Shown in pieces: positions 56,201 through 64,000 of a stretch of DNA of 64,000 nucleotides. Under the pieces are notes generated by a model, which did not search any database, was not told where the DNA came from, and saw nothing but the letters and a program-made list of their open reading frames with translations. The position numbers and the translations under genes are program-made. The DNA comes from Eledone cirrhosa (taxonomy: Eukaryota), in the NCBI GenBank assembly GCA_964016885.1, contig OZ024740.1, positions 4,154,001 through 4,218,000 of the forward strand. Reading direction: 5' to 3'. Numbering within the stretch: position 1 is the first letter of the stretch; each line of letters starts with the position of its first letter.

Positions 56201-59200
56201 GGTTGGAGAGATGAGGTTGGAGAGATGAGGTTGGAGTGAGGAGGTTGGAGAGAGGAGGTTGGAGAGATGTGGTTGGAGAGATGAGGTTGGAGAGATGAGG
56301 TTGGAGAGAGGAGGTTGGAGAGAGGAGGTTGGAGAGATGAGGTTGGAGAGATGAGGCTGGAGAGATGAGGTTGGAGTGAGGAGGTTGGAGAGAGGAGGTT
56401 GGAGAGATGAGGCTGGAGAGATGAGGTTGGAGTGAGGAGGTTGGAGAGAGGAGGTTGGAGAGATGAGATTGGAGAGATGAGGTTGGAGAGATGAGGTTGG
56501 AGTGAGGAGGTTGGAGAGAGGAGGTTGGAGAGATGAGATTGGAGAGATGAGGTTGGAGAGATGAGGTTGGAGAGAGGAGGTTGGAGAGAGGAGGTTGGAG
56601 AGATGAGATTGGAGAGATGAGGTTGGAGAGATGAGGTTGGAGTGAGGAGGTTGGAGAGAGGAGGTTGGAGAGATGAGATTGGAGAGTTGAGGTTGGAGAG
56701 ATGAGGTTGGAGTGAGGAGGTTGGAGAGAGGAGGTTGGAGAGATGAGATTGGAGAGATGAGGTTGGAGAGATGAGGTTGGAGTGAGGAGGTTGGAGAGAG
56801 GAGGTTGGAGAGATGAGATTGGAGAGATGAGGTTGGAGAGATGAGGTTGGAGAGATGAGGTTGGAGTGAGGAGGTTGGAGAGATGAGGTTGGAGAGAGGA
56901 GGTTGGAGAGATGAGGTTGGGGTGAGGAGGTTGGAGAGATGAGGTTGGAGAGATGAGGTTGGAGAGATGAGGCTGGAGAGATGAGGTTGGAGAGAGGAGG
57001 TTGGAGAGAGGAGGTTGGAGAGAGGAGGTTGGAGAGAGGAGGTTGGAGAGAGGAGGTTGGAGAGATGAGGCTGGAGAGATGAGGTTGGAGTGAGGAGGTT
57101 GGAGAGATGAGGTTGGAGAGAGGAGGTTGGAGAGATGAGGTTGGAGTGAGGAGGTTGGAGAGATGAGGTTGGAGAGATGAGGCTGGAGAGATGAGGTTGG
57201 AGTGAGGAGGTTGGAGAGAGGAGGTTGGAGAGATGAGGCTGGAGAGATGAGGTTGGAGAGATGAGGTTGGAGAGATGAGGTTGGAGAGATGAGGTTGGAG
57301 AGAGGAGGTTGGAGAGAGGAGATTGGAGAGATGAGGTTGGAGAGATGAGGTTGGAGAGAGGAGGTTGGAGAGAGGAGGTTGGAGAGATGAGGTTGGAGAG
57401 ATGAGGTTGGAGAGATGAGGTTGGAGAGATGAGGTTGGAGAGATGAGGTTGGAGTGAGGAGGTTGGAGAGAGGAGGTTGGAGAGATGAGGTTGGAGAGAT
57501 GAGGTTGGAGAGATGAGGTTGGAGAGAGGAGGTTGGAGAGAGGAGGTTGGAGAGATGAGGTTGGAGAGATGAGGCTGGAGAGATGAGGTTGGAGTGAGGA
57601 GGTTGGAGAGAGGAGGTTGGAGAGATGAGGCTGGAGAGATGAGGTTGGAGTGAGGAGGTTGGAGAGAGGAGGTTGGAGAGATGAGATTGGAGAGATGAGG
57701 TTGGAGAGATGAGGTTGGAGTGAGGAGGTTGGAGAGAGGAGGTTGGAGAGATGAGATTGGAGAGATGAGGTTGGAGAGATGAGGTTGGAGAGAGGAGGTT
57801 GGAGAGAGGAGGTTGGAGAGATGAGATTGGAGAGATGAGGTTGGAGAGATGAGGTTGGAGTGAGGAGGTTGGAGAGAGGAGGTTGGAGAGATGAGATTGG
57901 AGAGTTGAGGTTGGAGAGATGAGGTTGGAGTGAGGAGGATGGAGAGAGGAGGTTGGAGAGATGAGATTGGAGAGATGAGGTTGGAGAGATGAGGTTGGAG
58001 TGAGGAGGTTGGAGAGAGGAGGTTGGAGAGATGAGATTGGAGAGATGAGGTTGGAGAGATGAGGTTGGAGAGATGAGGTTGGAGTGAGGAGGTTGGAGAG
58101 ATGAGGTTGGAGAGAGGAGGTTGGAGAGATGAGGTTGGGGTGAGGAGGTTGGAGAGATGAGGTTGGAGAGATGAGGTTGGAGAGATGAGGCTGGAGAGAT
58201 GAGGTTGGAGAGAGGAGGTTGGAGAGAGGAGGTTGGAGAGAGGAGGTTGGAGAGAGGAGGTTGGAGAGAGGAGGTTGGAGAGATGAGGCTGGAGAGATGA
58301 GGTTGGAGTGAGGAGGTTGGAGAGATGAGGTTGGAGAGAGGAGGTTGGAGAGATGAGGTTGGAGTGAGGAGGTTGGAGAGATGAGGTTGGAGAGATGAGG
58401 CTGGAGAGATGAGGTTGGAGTGAGGAGGTTGGAGAGAGGAGGTTGGAGAGATGAGGCTGGAGAGATGAGGTTGGAGAGATGAGGTTGGAGAGATGAGGTT
58501 GGAGAGATGAGGTTGGAGAGAGGAGGTTGGAGAGAGGAGATTGGAGAGATGAGGTTGGAGAGATGAGGTTGGAGAGATGAGGTTGGAGAGATGAGGTTGG
58601 AGTGAGGAGGTTGGAGAGAGGAGGTTGGAGAGATGAGGTTGGAGAGATGAGGCTGGAGAGAGGAGGTTTGAGAGATGAGGCTGGAGAGATGAGGTTGGAG
58701 AGATGAGGCTGGAGAGATGAGGTTGGAGTGAGGAGGTTGGAGAGAGGAGGTTGGAGAGATGAGGTTGGAGAGATGAGGCTGGAGAGAGGAGGTTTGAGAG
58801 AGGAGATTGGAGAGAGGAGGTTGGAGAGATGAGATTGGAGAGATGAGGTTGGAGAGATGAGGTTGGAGAGATGAGATTGGAGAGATGAGGTTGGAGAGAT
58901 GAGGTTGGAGAGATGAGGTTGGAGAGATGAGGTTGGAGAGATGAGGTTGGAGAGATGAGGCTGGAGAGATGAGGTTGGAGTGAGGAGATTGGAGAGATGA
59001 GGTTGGAGAGATGAGGTTGGAGAGATGAGGTTGGAGAGATGAGGTTGGAGAGATGAGGTTGGAGAGATGAGGTTGGAGAGATGAGGTTGGAGAGATGAGG
59101 TTGGAGAGATGAGGTTGGAGAGATGAGATTGGAGAGATGAGGTTGGAGAGATGAGGTTGGAGAGATGAGATTGGAGAGATGAGGTTGGAGAGATGAGGTT

Positions 59201-62200
59201 GGAGAGATGAGGTTGGAGAGATGAGGTTGGAGAGATGAGGTTGGAGAGATGAGTTTGGAGAGATGAGGTTGGAGAGATGAGGTTGGAGAGATGAGATTGG
59301 AGAGATGAGGTTGGAGAGATGAGGTTGGAGAGATGAGGTTGGAGAGATGAGGTTGGAGAGATGAGGTTGGAGAGATGAGATTGGAGAGATGAGGTTGGAG
59401 AGATGAGGTTGGAGAGATGAGGTTGGAGAGATGAGGTTGGAGAGATGAGGCTGGAGAGATGAGGTTGGAGAGATGAGGTTGGAGAGATGAGGTTGGAGAG
59501 ATGAGGTTGGAGAGATGAGGCTGGAGAGATGAGGTTGGAGTGAGGAGGTTGGAGAGAGGAGGTTGGAGAGATGAGGTTGGAGAGATGAGGCTGGAGAGAG
59601 GAGGTTGGAGAGATGAGATTGGAGAGATGAGGTTGGAGAGATGAGGTTGGAGAGATGAGGTTGGAGAGATGAGGTTGGAGAGATGAGGTTGGAGAGATGA
59701 GGCTGGAGAGATGAGGTTGGAGTGAGGAGATTGGAGAGATGAGGTTGGAGAGATGAGGTTGGAGAGATGAGGTTGGAGAGATGAGGTTGGAGAGATGAGG
59801 TTGGAGAGATGAGGTTGGAGAGATGAGGTTGGAGAGATGAGGTTGGAGAGATGAGATTGGAGAGATGAGGTTGGAGAGATGAGGTTGGAGAGATGAGATT
59901 GGAGAGATGAGGTTGGAGAGATGAGGTTGGAGAGAGGAGGTTGGAGAGAGGAGGTTGGAGAGATGAGATTGGAGAGATGAGGTTGGAGAGATGAGGTTGG
60001 AGTGAGGAGGTTGGAGAGAGGAGGTTGGAGAGATGAGATTGGAGAGTTGAGGTTGGAGAGATGAGGTTGGAGTGAGGAGGTTGGAGAGAGGAGGTTGGAG
60101 AGATGAGATTGGAGAGATGAGGTTGGAGAGATGAGGTTGGAGTGAGGAGGTTGGAGAGAGGAGGTTGGAGAGATGAGATTGGAGAGATGAGGTTGGAGAG
60201 ATGAGGTTGGAGAGATGAGGTTGGAGTGAGGAGGTTGGAGAGATGAGGTTGGAGAGAGGAGGTTGGAGAGATGAGGTTGGGGTGAGGAGGTTGGAGAGAT
60301 GAGGTTGGAGAGATGAGGTTGGAGAGATGAGGCTGGAGAGATGAGGTTGGAGAGAGGAGGTTGGAGAGAGGAGGTTGGAGAGAGGAGGTTGGAGAGAGGA
60401 GGTTGGAGAGAGGAGGTTGGAGAGATGAGGCTGGAGAGATGAGGTTGGAGTGAGGAGGTTGGAGAGATGAGGTTGGAGAGAGGAGGTTGGAGAGATGAGG
60501 TTGGAGTGAGGAGGTTGGAGAGATGAGGTTGGAGAGATGAGGCTGGAGAGATGAGGTTGGAGTGAGGAGGTTGGAGAGAGGAGGTTGGAGAGATGAGGCT
60601 GGAGAGATGAGGTTGGAGAGATGAGGTTGGAGAGATGAGGTTGGAGAGATGAGGTTGGAGAGAGGAGGTTGGAGAGAGGAGATTGGAGAGATGAGGTTGG
60701 AGAGATGAGGTTGGAGAGATGAGGTTGGAGAGATGAGGTTGGAGTGAGGAGGTTGGAGAGAGGAGGTTGGAGAGATGAGGTTGGAGAGATGAGGCTGGAG
60801 AGAGGAGGTTTGAGAGATGAGGCTGGAGAGATGAGGTTGGAGAGATGAGGCTGGAGAGATGAGGTTGGAGTGAGGAGGTTGGAGAGAGGAGGTTGGAGAG
60901 ATGAGGTTGGAGAGATGAGGCTGGAGAGAGGAGGTTTGAGAGAGGAGATTGGAGAGAGGAGGTTGGAGAGATGAGATTGGAGAGATGAGGTTGGAGAGAT
61001 GAGGTTGGAGAGATGAGATTGGAGAGATGAGGTTGGAGAGATGAGGTTGGAGAGATGAGGTTGGAGAGATGAGGTTGGAGAGATGAGGTTGGAGAGATGA
61101 GGCTGGAGAGATGAGGTTGGAGTGAGGAGATTGGAGAGATGAGGTTGGAGAGATGAGGTTGGAGAGATGAGGTTGGAGAGATGAGGTTGGAGAGATGAGG
61201 TTGGAGAGATGAGGTTGGAGAGATGAGGTTGGAGAGATGAGATTGGAGAGATGAGGTTGGAGAGATGAGGTTGGAGAGATGAGATTGGAGAGATGAGGTT
61301 GGAGAGATGAGGTTGGAGAGATGAGGTTGGAGAGATGAGGTTGGAGAGATGAGGTTGGAGAGATGAGTTTGGAGAGATGAGGTTGGAGAGATGAGGTTGG
61401 AGAGATGAGATTGGAGAGATGAGGTTGGAGAGATGAGGTTGGAGAGATGAGGTTGGAGAGATGAGGTTGGAGAGATGAGGTTGGAGAGATGAGATTGGAG
61501 AGATGAGGTTGGAGAGATGAGGTTGGAGAGATGAGGTTGGAGAGATGAGGTTGGAGAGATGAGGCTGGAGAGATGAGGTTGGAGAGATGAGGTTGGAGAG
61601 ATGAGGTTGGAGAGATGAGGTTGGAGAGATGAGGCTGGAGAGATGAGGTTGGAGTGAGGAGGTTGGAGAGAGGAGGTTGGAGAGATGAGGTTGGAGAGAT
61701 GAGGCTGGAGAGAGGAGGTTGGAGAGATGAGATTGGAGAGATGAGGTTGGAGAGATGAGGTTGGAGAGATGAGGTTGGAGAGATGAGGTTGGAGAGATGA
61801 GGTTGGAGAGATGAGGCTGGAGAGATGAGGTTGGAGTGAGGAGATTGGAGAGATGAGGTTGGAGAGATGAGGTTGGAGAGATGAGGTTGGAGAGATGAGG
61901 TTGGAGAGATGAGGTTGGAGAGATGAGATTGGAGAGATGAGGTTGGAGAGATGAGGTTGGAGAGATGAGATTGGAGAGATGAGGTTGGAGAGATGAGGTT
62001 GGAGAGATGAGGTTGGAGAGATGAGGTTGGAGAGATGAGGTTGGAGAGATGAGTTTGGAGAGATGAGGTTGGAGAGATGAGGTTGGAGAGATGAGATTGG
62101 AGAGATGAGGTTGGAGAGATGAGGTTGGAGAGATGAGGTTGGAGAGATGAGGTTGGAGAGATGAGGTTGGAGAGATGAGATTGGAGAGATGAGGTTGGAG

Positions 62201-62906
62201 AGATGAGGTTGGAGAGATGAGGTTGGAGAGATGAGGTTGGAGAGATGAGGCTGGAGAGATGAGGTTGGAGAGATGAGGTTGGAGAGATGAGGTTGGAGAG
62301 ATGAGGTTGGAGAGATGAGGCTGGAGAGATGAGGTTGGAGTGAGGAGGTTGGAGAGAGGAGGTTGGAGAGATGAGGTTGGAGAGATGAGGCTGGAGAGAG
62401 GAGGTTTGAGAGATGAGATTGGAGAGATGAGGTTGGAGAGATGAGGTTGGAGAGATGAGGCTGGAGAGATGAGGTTGGAGAGAGGAGATTGGAGAGATGA
62501 GGCTGGAGAGAGGAGGTTGGAGAGATGAGGTTGGAGAGATGAGATTGGAGAGATGAGGTTGGAGAGATGAGGTTGGAGAGATGAGGTTGGAGAGATGAGG
62601 TTGGAGAGATGAGGTTGGAGAGATGAGGTTGGAGAGATGAGGTTGGAGAGATGAGATTGGAGAGATGAGGCTGGAGAGATGAGGTTGGAGAGATGAGGTT
62701 GGAGAGATGAGGTTGGAGAGATGAGGTTGGAGAGATGAGGTTGGAGAGATGAGGTTGGAGAGAGGAGATTGGAGAGATGAGGTTGGAGAGATGAGGTTGG
62801 AGAGATGAGGTTGGAGAGATGAGGTTGGAGAGATGAGGCTGGAGAGATGAGGTTGGAGAGATGAGGCTGGAGAGATGAGGTTGGAGAGATGAGGTTGGAG
62901 AGATGA
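50232..62906. repeat. 14-bp purine-rich tandem satellite, ~905 copies
   Basis: Unit GA(T/G)GAG(G/A)TTGGAGA. Rare variants recur at offsets 1540, 1218 and 2142 bp, all multiples of 14. Confidence 0.98.
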
Positions 62907-63179
62907 AAGATAGATGAGACAGGGAAGAGATACTTTGATGAAACTAATTAGTTAGCAATAACAATGTCTCGTATTAAGTGCTAATATATATCTCACCATC
63001 AATATATATTGATTTGAGTTATCAAGCCACTTATGATAACATTTGTTATTCTTCACACCTCCTCTTCCTGTCACAAATTTAGTGTCAAGGGTGATCAGTT
63101 TTCACCAACTCCTACTACACCTCACCACAACTTTTCTACCTATCATAATAATCTTCTTCCATTATTAAAACAACTGAAC

Positions 63180-63365
63180 GGTGGTGGATTGGTAGTATCG
63201 GTAGAGAGTCGGACACCATGTTTTGTAGCATAGAGTTACGGCCCTTTAACATCTGAGTTCAAATCCCACCGAGGTTAACTTTGCCTGTCATCCTTCCGGG
63301 GTTGATAAAATAAAGTACCAGTAATGTACTGGGATAATTGCTGGCCTTGTGCCAAAGGTAAAACA
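63180..63365 (+). mobile_element. tRNA-derived SINE (Nin/Deu-type core) with 19-bp target-site duplication
   Basis: A/B boxes and core as at 41418. ATTATTAAAACAACTGAAC occurs at 63161-63179 and 63366-63384. Confidence 0.88.
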
Positions 63366-63419
63366 ATTATTAAAACAACTGAACATTTCAGCACAGTCCC
63401 TCCTCCTCGTCATCATCAC

Positions 63420-63605
63420 TATTATTATTATTATTGTTTCTTCCTTCAGCTTCTAATGCGGGAGATATATTACAGTGTTACCTCACTACCAGTGAACTCA
63501 GGTAACACCCCTTATTTTTAGAGTCACCTCCACAGTTTTCTAGCTCTTCCAATGTTTTTTGTAAATGTTCCAACCGAATTGCAATCCCTATTTCTTTAAT
63601 GTACC
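63420..63605 (-). mobile_element. R4/Dong-clade (RLE) non-LTR retrotransposon 3' end with (TAA)n tail
   Basis: YIKEIGIAIRLEHLQKT followed, after a frameshift, by LGRARKLWR resembles the R4/Dong C-terminal LQK.ALLGTARILR motif. It is bounded by (TAA)n runs, a known Dong target. Confidence 0.6.
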
Positions 63606-63621
63606 TATTATTATTATTATT

Positions 63622-63965
63622 TTCAAATCCTGCCAAGGTTAACTTTGCCTTTCATCCTTACGGGGTCGATAAAATAAAGTACCAGTAATGTACTGGGGTC
63701 AATTTAATCCCTTTCAACTTTCTCCCTCCCTTTGTGCCTAAAGTAGAAATTATTATTATTATTATATAGGGTGCTGGATTGGCAGTATCGGTAGAGGGTT
63801 GGACGCCATGCTTTCTAGCAGAGTTGCGTCCCTTTACAGTCTGAGTTCAAATCCCGCCGAGGTTAACTTTGCCTTTCATCCTTACGGGGTCGGTAAAATA
63901 AAGTACCAGTAATGTACTGGGTATTTCCTGGCCTTGTGCCTAAAGTAAAAACAATTATTATTATT
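63622..63965 (+). mobile_element. Two tandem tRNA-derived SINE units (first 5'-truncated)
   Basis: Same core GGTTAACTTTGCCTTTCATCCTTACGGGGTCG.TAAAATAAAGTACCAG and ATT tails. Confidence 0.85.
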
Positions 63966-64000
63966 ATTGTTATATCCATGTTTTTCGATGTTTGCATGGG

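Noticed and set aside
50232-62906. Telomeric repeat or Arg/Glu/Gly-rich protein
   Set aside because: The 14-bp unit is not TTAGGG, it is interstitial with non-telomeric flanks, and the ORFs are short frame-rotating artefacts.
63450-63605. Apparent exons (plus-strand 52-nt AG/GT segment; minus-strand coiled-coil-like IAIRLEHLQKTLEELE)
   Set aside because: Better explained as an R4/Dong retrotransposon C-terminus and 3'UTR.

Overview
Repeat-dominated eukaryotic DNA, most likely from an octopus or other cephalopod. That call is inferred from the RTE, CR1 and R4/Dong LINE relics, the tRNA-headed Nin/Deu- and CORE-type SINEs, and the dense (AT)n/(AAT)n microsatellites. About two thirds of the window is five tandem arrays: a 55-bp unit (1-14030), a 37/34-bp unit (15212-21302), a 61-bp unit made from a CR1 LINE 3' end (31001-32160), a 48-bp unit (32352-41056) and a 14-bp purine-rich unit (50232-62906). 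Nearly all ORFs in the supplied track are translations of these repeats. The spacers hold one near-full-length but inactivated RTE-clade LINE (APE + RT, with a PHD finger inside the RT; 45185-48625), several RTE fragments, two CR1 3' ends, an R4/Dong 3' end and tandem SINEs. They also hold possible minus-strand exon relics of an unidentified gene. The most notable unannotated signal is a set of type I hammerhead ribozyme motifs (14761-14840, 22986-23043, 44129-44164, plus a variant at ~28335 and ~44410), probably Penelope-like element termini, several sitting in fold-back or palindromic DNA. The window also preserves likely satellite birth sites: the same 61-bp CR1 segment amplified in two CR1 copies, and a 37-bp unit that looks like an amplified splice acceptor plus exon start. 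No intact host gene, rRNA, tRNA or CRISPR array is supported.
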